64,000 bases of DNA from an uncultured Clostridia bacterium (GTDB taxonomy: Bacteria; Bacillota; Clostridia; Lachnospirales; Anaerotignaceae). The DNA is taken from NCBI GenBank assembly GCA_944381455.1, contig CALWLF010000057.1, positions 15,461-79,460 on the forward strand, written 5' to 3'. Position 1 is the stretch's first letter. Every line of letters starts with the position of its first letter. Below are positions 30,872 through 39,643 of this stretch, one piece after another. Under the pieces are notes generated by a model. That model worked only from the letters and a program-made list of their open reading frames with translations, was not told the origin of the DNA and did not search any database. A program made the position numbers and the translations under genes.

Positions 30872-33162
30872 ATCTCTCCAATGGTACGCTCCTGGGCGGG
30901 CGGTATGAAATTGTAGAAAAAATTGGCGTGGGCGGCATGGCTACCGTCTATCGTGCCAACGATACCAAACTGGAACGCAGCGTGACAGTGAAGGTGTTAA
31001 AAGAGGAATTTACCGGAGATGAAGATTTCCGCACCCGGTTTAAAACAGAAGCCAGGGCGGCGGCAAAACTTTCCCATCCCAATATTGTAAATGTCTACGA
31101 CGTGGGCGAGGAAAACGGGATTTATTACATCGTGATGGAATATGTCCATGGGGATACGCTCAAACAAGTGATTATCAACAGCGCCCCCTTTGACAACTTA
31201 ACGACGCTGAGCATTGCTGTGCAGATGGCTTCTGCCTTAGAACATGCCCATAAACACGGTGTGGTGCATCGTGACATTAAGCCGCAAAATATTTTAATTG
31301 GCGTCGATGGCACCATCAAAATCACGGACTTTGGCATTGCCCATGCGGCTGCCGATGCCACCGTCACCACCACCAATAACGCCTTGGGCTCGGTGTATTA
31401 TTTTTCTCCAGAGCAGGCCAGAGGCGGTTATGTGGATGAAAAAAGCGATATTTACAGCCTTGGCATTACCATGTATGAAATGCTCACCGGCCGTGTACCC
31501 TATGATGGGGAAACGTCTGTTTCTATTGCCCTGAAACATTTAAACAGCACCCTGCCCAATATGCAAAACTATAATCCGCAGGTGAGCAATATCCTCCAAA
31601 GCATTGTCCGCAAAGCAACGCAAAAGAAAAAAGACGACCGCTATGCCAGCTGTTCTCAGCTGCTCAGCGATTTGCGCCAGGCATTGTTAGAAGAGCGCAG
31701 CGAAATGAAGCAAAAAGCAGAGCTGGAAGAAGATGTGACCATTTATGAACCCCGGAAGGATACTTCGCTGGAAGAAGCCTCTGCCGATGCGGCCACCATT
31801 GGGGTGATGATGGCAGCAGAAAAAGGCGTTACACAGGAAGAAGCGCAAGATGGTATCCAAGTGGAACTGATGGGAAAAAGAAAGGAGTATGACCTGCCGG
31901 AAGAAGGGGTTAGCTTCGACAGGTACAGCAAACAGTTGAGAATTTCCAAAGAAAACGACGATTACGAAACAGATCAATGGGACGAAGAAAGAAAAAGAGC
32001 CGCCCATAAAAAACAGAAACCAAAACAAAAACCGCGTCCCAAACGGGAACGGGGCAAACGCCAGCAGATGGATCCGGAAGAAGAAGCCTACTATAAATCC
32101 CAGGAAAAGAAAGTGACCATTGCAGCCGTGATTACGGCATTGGTTATCATCGGGATCATCACCATTGCCGGGGCCAAGGTGTTAAACGGCGATGGATTAT
32201 TCTCTTTTGGTTCATCCGCTCAGGCAGATACGATGCCAAATTTCTTAGGCATGGAATATGAAAAAGCGGTGACAGAAGCCCAAAAACAAGGCATTACGTT
32301 AAACAAAGCAGATGAGCAGTACAGCGCTGAGTTTGAAGAAGGCCAGATTATGGATCAGTCTGTGGAAGCAGGCACCACCATCACCGAAGGCACAAGTGTT
32401 GATGTGACCGTAAGTCTTGGCTTAAAGAGTTTCCCAATGCCCGATGTGGAGTATGACGAAGAAGATGTGGCAGTGGAAAAAATCAAAAGCGCCGGCGGGG
32501 CAGATCCGGAAAAAGAATATGTCTTTGATGATGTAGTGCCTCAAGGCGTTGTCATCACTCAAGATCCACCGGCCCAAACCCAGGCGGACAGCAGCACAAA
32601 AATTACGCTGACCATCTCCAAAGGCCCGGAAACGCCTACCGTAACCGTCATCAATTTTAAAGGCATGACCATGGGTGAGGCTCAAAGCAAAGTGACAGAA
32701 ATTGGTTTGCAGGTGGGGACCATCACCGTCGATAATAATGCCACCGGCGAAAAAGACGAAATCATCTCCCAGTCTCTGGAACCAGACCAGGAAGTGGAGC
32801 GGGATACGAAAATCGACTTTGTGGTGGTGGGCGAGCAGACGGTAAAACCGGAAGAACCGGAAGAGACGGAAGAAAGTACACCGCAGACACCGGAAAATAC
32901 GACGCCTTCCACCTCTGGCTCCCAGACCTTTAACATTGATGTGCCCACCAGCTATGTGGATGCCAACGCCATCAACGTAAAAATTCTGCGCATTGACAGC
33001 GCCAGCTCCTCGGTGGATGTGGCGTATAATGAAACGAGAGCTTTAAGCGATTTCCCCTTCAGCGTCACCGTTTCCGGTTCTGGACAGATGGAAGTGCAGC
33101 TCTATATTGATAATGTATACCAATGGAACCAGATTGTGGACTTTTCGGGAGGCGCACAGTGA
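30868..33162 (+). CDS. prkC: Ser/Thr protein kinase with extracellular PASTA repeats
   Basis: HRDIKPQNIL and DFGIA kinase motifs, a Lys-rich linker, a TM segment, PASTA repeats and an extra C-terminal domain. Confidence 0.92.
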   Translation: MNLSNGTLLGGRYEIVEKIGVGGMATVYRANDTKLERSVTVKVLKEEFTGDEDFRTRFKTEARAAAKLSHPNIVNVYDVGEENGIYYIVMEYVHGDTLKQVIINSAPFDNLTTLSIAVQMASALEHAHKHGVVHRDIKPQNILIGVDGTIKITDFGIAHAAADATVTTTNNALGSVYYFSPEQARGGYVDEKSDIYSLGITMYEMLTGRVPYDGETSVSIALKHLNSTLPNMQNYNPQVSNILQSIVRKATQKKKDDRYASCSQLLSDLRQALLEERSEMKQKAELEEDVTIYEPRKDTSLEEASADAATIGVMMAAEKGVTQEEAQDGIQVELMGKRKEYDLPEEGVSFDRYSKQLRISKENDDYETDQWDEERKRAAHKKQKPKQKPRPKRERGKRQQMDPEEEAYYKSQEKKVTIAAVITALVIIGIITIAGAKVLNGDGLFSFGSSAQADTMPNFLGMEYEKAVTEAQKQGITLNKADEQYSAEFEEGQIMDQSVEAGTTITEGTSVDVTVSLGLKSFPMPDVEYDEEDVAVEKIKSAGGADPEKEYVFDDVVPQGVVITQDPPAQTQADSSTKITLTISKGPETPTVTVINFKGMTMGEAQSKVTEIGLQVGTITVDNNATGEKDEIISQSLEPDQEVERDTKIDFVVVGEQTVKPEEPEETEESTPQTPENTTPSTSGSQTFNIDVPTSYVDANAINVKILRIDSASSSVDVAYNETRALSDFPFSVTVSGSGQMEVQLYIDNVYQWNQIVDFSGGAQ

Positions 33163-34046
33163 TGCAGGGAACCATTGTCAAGGGCATTGGCGGCTTTTAT
33201 TATGTGGCAGCGGCAACAGGCGTTTATGAATGCCGGGCCAGAGGCAAGTTTCGCCGCATGGCTCTGGTGCCCACAGTGGGGGATCATGTGGAAATTTCTG
33301 TTCAGGACGAGCAGAAGAAAAAGGGCAGTGTGGATGAAATTTTGCCCAGAAAAAACCAGCTGATCCGGCCCAAGGTGGCCAATGTGGACCAGGCAGTGAT
33401 TGTTTTTGCTGCCAAAAGCCCGGATATGAATCTGGATTTACTGGACCGGTTTTTGCTTCTGGGCGAAGAGCAGAAGCTGAAACTGGTGTTTTGCATCAAC
33501 AAAATCGACTTGGATGAAGCAAAACAATATGAGGCGGTGGCAGCCCTTTATGAACAGGCCGGCTTTTCCGTGGTCTGTGTCAGCGGAGAGAAAAAAGAAA
33601 ATCTGGAGGCGCTGCGTGCCCATTTGAAAGGGAAAATTTCTGTCTTTGCCGGGCCTTCCGGCGTGGGAAAAAGCAGCCTGCTCAATGCCCTAAACCCGGC
33701 TCTTTCTTTAAACACCGGCGCCATCAGCGAAAAAATTGAGCGGGGGAAACACACCACCCGCCATGCGGAGCTGATGGAGCTGGAGGAGGGCAGCTTTATT
33801 GTGGATTCCCCGGGGTTTACGTCGCTGAGTCTGGAACATATTTTGCCGGAAGATTTGGCAGGGTTGTTCCGGGAATTTCGCCCCTATCTGGGGGACTGCT
33901 ATTACCGCTCCTGCAAGCATTTGCAGGAGCCGGACTGCGGTGTGAAAGCCCAGGTGGGAAAGGCAATTTCCCTGCAGCGATACGAACGATATGTGACGAT
34001 TTTGTCTGAGTTGGAAGAAATACAAGAGAGGAAGAATTGGAAATGA
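33162..34046 (+). CDS. rsgA: Ribosome small-subunit biogenesis GTPase
   Basis: GPSGVGKSSL and a C-terminal zinc knuckle (CYYRSCKHLQEPDC). GTGATG overlap with prkC. Confidence 0.93.
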   Translation: MQGTIVKGIGGFYYVAAATGVYECRARGKFRRMALVPTVGDHVEISVQDEQKKKGSVDEILPRKNQLIRPKVANVDQAVIVFAAKSPDMNLDLLDRFLLLGEEQKLKLVFCINKIDLDEAKQYEAVAALYEQAGFSVVCVSGEKKENLEALRAHLKGKISVFAGPSGVGKSSLLNALNPALSLNTGAISEKIERGKHTTRHAELMELEEGSFIVDSPGFTSLSLEHILPEDLAGLFREFRPYLGDCYYRSCKHLQEPDCGVKAQVGKAISLQRYERYVTILSELEEIQERKNWK

Positions 34047-34708
34047 AAATTGTGGCTCCTTCGTTGTTGTCGGCAGACTTTTCTTGTCTGGATCGAGAGA
34101 TGGCGCGTGTGGAAGAAGCCGGTGCACAATATTTACACCTGGATGTGATGGACGGCCATTTTGTGCCAAATCTCACCTTTGGGGCGCCGGTCATCAAATG
34201 TCTGCGCAAGCATTCCCAGATGTTTTTTGATGTGCATTTGATGATTGAAAACCCGGAAACATATTTGGAAGACTTTGCAAAGGCCGGGGCCGACTTATTA
34301 AACGTCCATGCAGAAACGGTCAAGGATCTGCCGGCGGTGGTAAAAACCATCCATGACCTGGGCTGTCAGGCAGCTGTGGCCATCAAGCCGGACACGCCCC
34401 TTTCGGCCATTGAATGTGTGCTGGATGAGGTGGATATGGTGCTGGTGATGACCGTTTATCCAGGCTTTAGCGGCCAGAAATTGATTCCAGAAGCGCTGGC
34501 TAAAATCCCGGTGCTGAACCAGATGAGAAAAGAAAAAGGCTATTCCTTCACCATTCAAATTGATGGCGGCGTAGGGCTGGGCAATTTAAAAGAAGTGATG
34601 GAAACGGGCGTGGACATTGTGGTGGCAGGCTCTGCCGTCTTTGGTGCTGCCGATCCGGCCCAGGCCACCAAGGACTTTCTTTCTGTGATGGAGGCGTATG
34701 AAGGATGA
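34043..34708 (+). CDS. rpe: Ribulose-phosphate 3-epimerase
   Basis: HLDVMDGHFVPN motif. ATG 34043 overlaps the rsgA stop. Confidence 0.95.
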   Translation: MKIVAPSLLSADFSCLDREMARVEEAGAQYLHLDVMDGHFVPNLTFGAPVIKCLRKHSQMFFDVHLMIENPETYLEDFAKAGADLLNVHAETVKDLPAVVKTIHDLGCQAAVAIKPDTPLSAIECVLDEVDMVLVMTVYPGFSGQKLIPEALAKIPVLNQMRKEKGYSFTIQIDGGVGLGNLKEVMETGVDIVVAGSAVFGAADPAQATKDFLSVMEAYEG

Positions 34709-35340
34709 AAGCCGTTGTCTTTGGCGGGGCTGAAATCAAAGACTATGCCGTCTGTAAGCCGTATTTAGACGGCGCTTACGTGGTTTGCTGCGATGGCGGC
34801 CTTTCCCATGCCAAGGCATTGGGGATTTTGCCGGACTGCATTGTGGGCGATTTTGACTCGGCCAAACAAGAAGTCGTTGATTTTTTTCTAGACAAAAAAA
34901 TCCCCGTCCGCACCTTTCCCACCCATAAAGATGAAACGGATATGGAACTGGGGCTGGATGCGGCCATGGAGGCTGGGGCCACGGAAGTGGTGATTTTTGG
35001 CGGCATCGGCAGCCGTCTGGACCATACATTGGCCAATGTCCATTACTTATTATATCTGCTGCGCCATGGCGTCAAAGCAAAGCTGGTAAATGAACATAAT
35101 GTGGTGCAGCTGACCGATGGTGTGGTACAGCTGGAAGGAAAGGCGGGAGACCTGGTTTCCACCCTGCCCCTATCTCCCCAGGTGACGGGGATTACCACCA
35201 AGGGGCTGGAATATCCGCTGACAGATGCCACCCTTACGTTGGATGACCGGCTGATTGCCGTCAGCAATGTGATGCTTTCCAGTCAGGCCGAAATTTCGGT
35301 CCAAGAAGGCTATTTATTGGTGATGCAGTGCCGGGACTAA
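34705..35340 (+). CDS. thiN: Thiamine pyrophosphokinase
   Basis: TPK catalytic and B1-binding domains (GDFDS, HKDETD). Conserved position after rpe. Confidence 0.85.
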   Translation: MKAVVFGGAEIKDYAVCKPYLDGAYVVCCDGGLSHAKALGILPDCIVGDFDSAKQEVVDFFLDKKIPVRTFPTHKDETDMELGLDAAMEAGATEVVIFGGIGSRLDHTLANVHYLLYLLRHGVKAKLVNEHNVVQLTDGVVQLEGKAGDLVSTLPLSPQVTGITTKGLEYPLTDATLTLDDRLIAVSNVMLSSQAEISVQEGYLLVMQCRD

Positions 35341-35346
35341 AACAAG

Positions 35347-35387
35347 AAAACCGCTGGCTTTTCCAAAGAAAAGCAGCGGTTTTTTTG
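35347..35387. terminator. Bidirectional terminator
   Basis: Stem aaaaccgctg...cagcggtttt plus T-run, shared with the convergent MATE gene. Confidence 0.7.
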
Positions 35388-35427
35388 ATGGGATGGTTTA
35401 ACAGGGATTGGTCGCCTTGCGATAGCC

Positions 35428-36747
35428 TTAAGCTGTGCCTTGGGAAAGCCGCTTGTTTCGCTCCCGGCGATAACAGGCGATGGCTGCCAAAGAGGTGATG
35501 CCTTCTGTCACTGGAAAGGCCAGCCAGACGCCTAAAACACCAAAGACCATGGAAAGCAGAATGGCCGAAGGCACAATGAGCAAAAGCCCCCGCAAAAGGG
35601 AGAGCAGGAAAGAAGCCTGGGCCACGCCAATGGCAGAAAAGTACACGCAGGTGATGATGTTGGCGCCGGCAAACAAGAATCCGATAAAGTAAACCACAAG
35701 GCCTTCGGAAGCGATGGAAAGCAGGGCCAGATTTTTTTCTTCGTTAAAGGCCATGATGATTGGCTCTTGGAAAAAGACGCAAAAAAGATAAATCAAAGGG
35801 GCGATGAGGAGGGATAACACCAGGCAGAACCGGTATCCATCGGTTACCTCGTCCCAGCGCCCGACCCCGCGGCTTTGGCTGACAATGGGCTGCATCCCTT
35901 GGGAAATGCCGGTGAAGATGGCCAAAATCACCAAAGCAATGTTGGCCAGCACGCCATAGGCGGCCACACCCAAGTTGCCCAACATCCCCAACAGCAGTGT
36001 GTTGAAGACAAGAATGACAATGCCGTTGGAAAATTCTGTGACCAAAGAAGAAACGCCCAGGGACAACAGATTTTTCATTCGCGTCCACCGGGGACGCAGG
36101 CGATAGAGGCGAAATTGGTTCTTTTTGCGGATAAAATGCAGCGACAGCACAGCCATGCTGAAAATGGGCGAAAACCCTGTGGCCAGCACCGCCCCCAGCA
36201 TCCCCATGCCGCAGGGGAAAATGAAGATATAGTCGCAGATGGTATTGGCGAGGCTGCTGGAAAGCATGCCGGCCATGGCCAAATTGGGGCTTCCGTCGTT
36301 TCGGATGAAGGCCAAAAGCAGGTGGTTCATGAGAAAAAACGGTGCAAACAGCAGTACCACCGTCAAATACGTCTGTGTCATGGAAAAGATTTCTTCATTG
36401 GCCTGAAATAACGCTGTGATCTGCCGGTTGGCAAAAAGCCCCAGGCAGACAAACAGCAGGCCGAAAAAAAGCACCAGATAACAAGCCTGGGTAAATAAAT
36501 CGGCACCGCCGCCATCTCGTTCGTTTTTTTCCAACGAATACCGGGTGGCCGCCCCCATGCCAATCATCATTCCCACGCCATAAATCAAATTATAAATGGG
36601 TAACGCGATGTTCAGCGCCGCAAGGCCATTGGAACCCAGCCCCTTGGCCACAAAATAAGTATCAGCTAAAATATAGCAGGAAAGCCCGGCTGTACCCAGC
36701 ATATGAAACGAAATGTATTTGGTCAGTTTTTGATGCACGGCTTTCAT
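35428..36747 (-). CDS. MATE-family efflux transporter
   Basis: Polytopic (about 12 TM) MatE-type sequence. Start reset to ATG 36747, which has an AGGAGGG RBS. Confidence 0.88.
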   Translation of the reverse strand: MKAVHQKLTKYISFHMLGTAGLSCYILADTYFVAKGLGSNGLAALNIALPIYNLIYGVGMMIGMGAATRYSLEKNERDGGGADLFTQACYLVLFFGLLFVCLGLFANRQITALFQANEEIFSMTQTYLTVVLLFAPFFLMNHLLLAFIRNDGSPNLAMAGMLSSSLANTICDYIFIFPCGMGMLGAVLATGFSPIFSMAVLSLHFIRKKNQFRLYRLRPRWTRMKNLLSLGVSSLVTEFSNGIVILVFNTLLLGMLGNLGVAAYGVLANIALVILAIFTGISQGMQPIVSQSRGVGRWDEVTDGYRFCLVLSLLIAPLIYLFCVFFQEPIIMAFNEEKNLALLSIASEGLVVYFIGFLFAGANIITCVYFSAIGVAQASFLLSLLRGLLLIVPSAILLSMVFGVLGVWLAFPVTEGITSLAAIACYRRERNKRLSQGTA

Positions 36748-36883
36748 CTTTTGGCCCTCCTTTTTGGATGGAATCAGCAAAAAAAATCATAGCAAGGCCG
36801 ACAAAAAAAGTCAAGCAAAACGTATCAAGGCAAAAAGAATGGCATACGATGAAGAAAAGAAGAAAAAAAGGGTTGGATATGGG

Positions 36884-37030
36884 ATGGAAAGACAATGGTT
36901 GGGTTTATGCTGCTGTTCGGCGGGCGCCGGGATGCTGGTTGTGATTTTTCTCTCCTGGTGGGGGTTTCTTTTGGCAGTGGGGCTTTTGATTGTGGGTTTT
37001 GTTTTGATGGGAAACAGAAGATGCAGATAA
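36884..37030 (+). CDS. Possible small two-TM membrane peptide (48 aa, CCC motif)
   Basis: MERQWLGLCCCSAGAGMLVVIFLSWWGFLLAVGLLIVGFVLMGNRRCR. Strongly hydrophobic, with a weak RBS and an uncertain start. Confidence 0.3.
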   Translation: MERQWLGLCCCSAGAGMLVVIFLSWWGFLLAVGLLIVGFVLMGNRRCR

Positions 37031-37059
37031 GAAATGGAAAAATTTTCCTTATTTTAGGC

Positions 37060-37093
37060 GGAAAAAAACTCTCAGGCCGAAGCGGTGAGAGTT
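37060..37093 (-). terminator. Intrinsic terminator of rpmB
   Basis: Minus strand: aactctca-N11-tgagagtt followed by T7. Confidence 0.65.
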
Positions 37094-37105
37094 GGTTTCG
37101 CTTTA

Positions 37106-37306
37106 TTAGATGGCGCGGGTAACTTTGCCGGAACGCAGACATCTTGTGCAGATATAGATGGAACGAACAGTGCCGTTATCAACAATCTTCACTTTTTTCA
37201 CGTTTGGTTTCCAGGTTTTGTTGGCGCGTCTGGATACCTGGCTACGGTTAATGCTGATTCTGTGGCCGGTTTGCTGATTTTTTGCGCAAATTTCGCACTT
37301 TGCCAT
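37106..37306 (-). CDS. rpmB: 50S ribosomal protein L28
   Basis: MAKCEICAKNQQTGHRIS... is typical L28. AGGAGGTG RBS. Confidence 0.95.
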   Translation of the reverse strand: MAKCEICAKNQQTGHRISINRSQVSRRANKTWKPNVKKVKIVDNGTVRSIYICTRCLRSGKVTRAI

Positions 37307-37578
37307 TGGGGTTGCACCTCCTTTGTTTCTTTTCCATGACATAACAAATGTATTCTATCAGAATTGCATCCATTTTGCAAGCAGAAAAGAAAAAAAAATA
37401 GAAAAAAACAAAATCAAGGGATTTCTACTTTTATTGCAGGTAAAACAATGGTATAATAAAAACAAATAGTCTGCGCAGCTGGTGTGTGCCGTACAAAATG
37501 CGGTGCAGCAGGCATTTTTTTATGCGCCGGCAAAAAAGCGAAAGTAACATTCACCTGAAGTAAGAGGAGGGTATGAAT

Positions 37579-37932
37579 ATGTCCGTTTGCGTAGAAACTT
37601 CCCTTGGCGTTATTACCATTGAAAACGAAGTGATTGCCAGGATTGCAGGCATGACTGCCATGGAATGCTATGGCATTGTTGGCATGGCAGCCAAAAACAT
37701 GAAAGATGGTTTGTTTCAGCTGCTGAAAGTGGAAAGTTTAACCAAAGGCATCAAAGTGATGGTGGAAGAAAACAGACTGACCATTGATTTTCATGTGATT
37801 GTCGAATATGGCACCAACATTTCTGCCATTGCAGACAACATGATCAGCACAGTCAAATATAAACTGGAACAGACGCTGAATTTAGAGGTTGTGAAAATCA
37901 ACATCTTTGTGGAAGGCGTAAGAGTCGGTTAA
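37579..37932 (+). CDS. Asp23/Gls24-family envelope stress protein
   Basis: Asp23 domain (VIARIAGMTAMECYGIVGM). ATG 37579 has better RBS spacing than ATG 37573. Confidence 0.88.
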   Translation: MSVCVETSLGVITIENEVIARIAGMTAMECYGIVGMAAKNMKDGLFQLLKVESLTKGIKVMVEENRLTIDFHVIVEYGTNISAIADNMISTVKYKLEQTLNLEVVKINIFVEGVRVG

Positions 37933-37945
37933 GGAGGAACAATCG

Positions 37946-39580
37946 TTGAGAGTCATCGACGGGGTATTACTAAAGAAAATGATGATTGCAGGCGCAAACG
38001 AGCTGAATGAAAACAAACAGCTGGTGGATGCGCTCAATGTATTTCCAGTGCCCGATGGCGACACGGGGACCAATATGAGCCTGACGGCGCTGGCGGCCGC
38101 CAAAGAATGCGAAAAAATCACATCCAATCGGATTGACGAGGTGGCAAAGGCCATTGCCAACGGCTCTTTGCGAGGGGCCAGAGGCAATTCCGGCGTCATT
38201 TTAAGCCAGCTGATCCGCGGCTTTGCCAAAGGCTTAAACGGCCGGGAAGCAGCTGATACGGAAACATTGGCCAAGGCCGTGCAGCAAGGCGTGGAAACGG
38301 CCTATAAAGCAGTGATGAAGCCCAAAGAAGGCACCATTTTGACTGTGGCCAGGGCCTGTGCAGAAAGCGCTCAGCTGCACTGGGACGAGATGGAAGATGT
38401 GGAAATGTTTTTAAAACAGATTCTTTCGGACGGCAATGAAATGCTGGCCCAGACGAAGGAAATGCTGCCGGTGTTGAAACAGGCCGATGTGGTGGATGCC
38501 GGGGGCAAGGGGCTTTTGTTTGTGCTTTTGGGCGGGCTGAAGGCGCTGGATGACCAGGCAGAAATTTCTCTGCCGGAAGAAACGCTGCCCAAAACAGAAG
38601 TATCCTTTGAAGCACTGGGCACCGTTGCGGCAGAAGACATTCAGTTTGGATACTGTACGGAGTTTTTTGTGGAAGAAAAAAATGTGCCGGAAGAAACGGT
38701 GGAATCGTTCCGCAATTACTTGTTGACCATGGGAGATTCTCTGGTGCTGGTGGCCGATGAAGAAATGATCAAAGTCCATGTCCATACCAACCACCCAGGC
38801 CAGGTGCTGGAACAAGCGCTGACCATTGGGCCGCTCAACGGCTTAAAAATTGAAAATATGCGGATTCAGCATACCAGCAAAATTGACTTTTCCAACGCCA
38901 AACCGGTGGAACCAAAACAAAAAGAAGTTGGGTTTGTGTCTGTTTCCATGGGAGACGGGCTGTCGGAAATTTTCCGCAATTTGGGTGTGGACCGCATCAT
39001 TGAAGGCGGACAAACCATGAACCCCAGCACAGAAGACATTTTGCAGGCCATTGCTGCTGTGCCGGCAAAGCAGGTGGTGGTTTTGCCTAACAACAAAAAC
39101 ATCATTCTGGCTTCCCAGCAGGCGGCCAAAATGACCAAAGACAAAACAGTGTTTGTGGTGCCCACCAAATCAGTGCCGGAAGGCATGACGGCCATGATTA
39201 GCTTTGATCCATCGCTGGATGTGGAAGAAGCCGTTTCGTTTATGGAAGAACGCTTGGAGACGGTGACCACTTGCTCGGTGACCTATGCGGTGAGAGACAC
39301 GGTTTGGGGCGAAAGCACCATTGCCGAAGGCGACATCATCGGGATGTTAAACGGCCAGATTGTTGCTGTAGACCAGGCGGTGGCAGAATGCACCAGGGAC
39401 CTGGTGGGCAAAGCCGTTAACGACAGCAGCGAAGTGATCTGCATTTATTATGGTGCAGACGTCACAGAAGAAGCGGCCCAGCAGCTGGCAGGAGAGCTGG
39501 AAGAAATTTTCGACCAGTGCGAAGTGGAAGTCCATGCCGGCGGACAGCCGTTATATTATTATATTATTTCTGTGGAATAA
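37946..39580 (+). CDS. yloV: DAK2-domain protein (YloV family)
   Basis: DGDTGTNM motif, DAK2 domain and YloV C-terminal domain. TTG start follows AGGAGG. Confidence 0.88.
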   Translation: MRVIDGVLLKKMMIAGANELNENKQLVDALNVFPVPDGDTGTNMSLTALAAAKECEKITSNRIDEVAKAIANGSLRGARGNSGVILSQLIRGFAKGLNGREAADTETLAKAVQQGVETAYKAVMKPKEGTILTVARACAESAQLHWDEMEDVEMFLKQILSDGNEMLAQTKEMLPVLKQADVVDAGGKGLLFVLLGGLKALDDQAEISLPEETLPKTEVSFEALGTVAAEDIQFGYCTEFFVEEKNVPEETVESFRNYLLTMGDSLVLVADEEMIKVHVHTNHPGQVLEQALTIGPLNGLKIENMRIQHTSKIDFSNAKPVEPKQKEVGFVSVSMGDGLSEIFRNLGVDRIIEGGQTMNPSTEDILQAIAAVPAKQVVVLPNNKNIILASQQAAKMTKDKTVFVVPTKSVPEGMTAMISFDPSLDVEEAVSFMEERLETVTTCSVTYAVRDTVWGESTIAEGDIIGMLNGQIVAVDQAVAECTRDLVGKAVNDSSEVICIYYGADVTEEAAQQLAGELEEIFDQCEVEVHAGGQPLYYYIISVE

Positions 39581-39586
39581 TCCAAA

Positions 39587-39624
39587 GAGGCTTTTCGGAC
39601 CATGGGCCGAGGAGCTTCTTTTTT
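39587..39624 (+). terminator. Putative terminator after yloV
   Basis: 12-bp stem with G-U pairs, gaggcttttcgg/ccgaggagcttc, plus T6. Confidence 0.55.
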
Positions 39625-39643
39625 GGTCAAAGGAGGGATATCC

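Noticed and set aside
39602-39643. ATG 39602 as the recG start, as given in the ORF track.
   Set aside because: It lies in the loop of the yloV terminator hairpin and has no RBS. TTG 39644 follows a perfect AGGAGGG at the correct spacing.
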